The position numbers and the translations under genes were made by a program. Below are positions 63,600 to 64,000 of a stretch of DNA of 64,000 nucleotides, one piece after another. Under the pieces are notes generated by a model. The model did not search any database, was not told the origin of the DNA, and worked only from the letters and a program-made list of their open reading frames with translations. This DNA comes from Lingula anatina (lineage: Eukaryota; Animalia; Brachiopoda). The number at the start of each line of letters is the position of its first letter. Position 1 is the first letter of the stretch. The stretch lies in NCBI GenBank assembly GCA_051362555.1, contig CM120644.1, positions 16,948,534-17,012,533 on the forward strand. The letters run 5' to 3'.

Positions 63600-64000
63600 C
63601 GTGCAGTCGTATAGTTTGCTGTTCAGCTAGCAACAAGTTTCAAAACACTGAAAAGTTAGCACGAATCCACCAATATATCTAACACTACGACAAATGCCCG
63701 CCGCGCTGTTAAGCCGTTGTATTTAACAAAGGCTGGAGTACGCAGGCGTGTCATCTCAGGCCACGAATCCCGTGCCAATATAGGTCAGTTTAACAGCGTA
63801 TCAGTTAAGGTGGTTTAATGAGTTGGAAACTTGGAAATTGTTGATTTTCTTATTGATAAAACATGAATAGGAACCCCTAATGCAACTTGGTATTTGAAGA
63901 GCATTTTAGCGACAGTGTTAAAACATTGAAAATATATATGCCATAATCAGTTTTTTTTTTCAAATAATGTAAGAAGTTGACCTGAAATGCCTCATCTTTC

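Overview
AT-rich, intron-containing animal DNA, probably an invertebrate deuterostome such as an echinoderm (inferred from GARS keeping a vertebrate-like exon layout plus a U12 intron). 1-20.4 kb: tandem array of five intact 4-exon CYP2-clan cytochrome P450 genes (a sixth is implied upstream). The copies are mosaics of two haplotype classes and all lack the C-helix WxxxR tryptophan. 21-37.8 kb: head-to-head pair OSGEPL1 (minus, 10 exons) and GARS1 (plus, 17 exons, two in-frame starts, one AT-AC minor intron), sharing a 177-bp spacer. 38-64 kb: transposon-rich accessory region. It holds a decayed SAP/SWIM ORF and a small secreted 8-Cys protein gene whose intron carries a 3.87-kb P-like element (31-bp TIR, 7-bp TSD, with an empty-site paralog in the window). 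It also holds a secreted protein made of two WxxW/CysD domains, a TTAA-flanked Kolobok-like relic, a spliced C2H2 zinc-finger gene and several MITE families, some nested. Gene models were built by hand from splice signals and reading frame; no database search was run.
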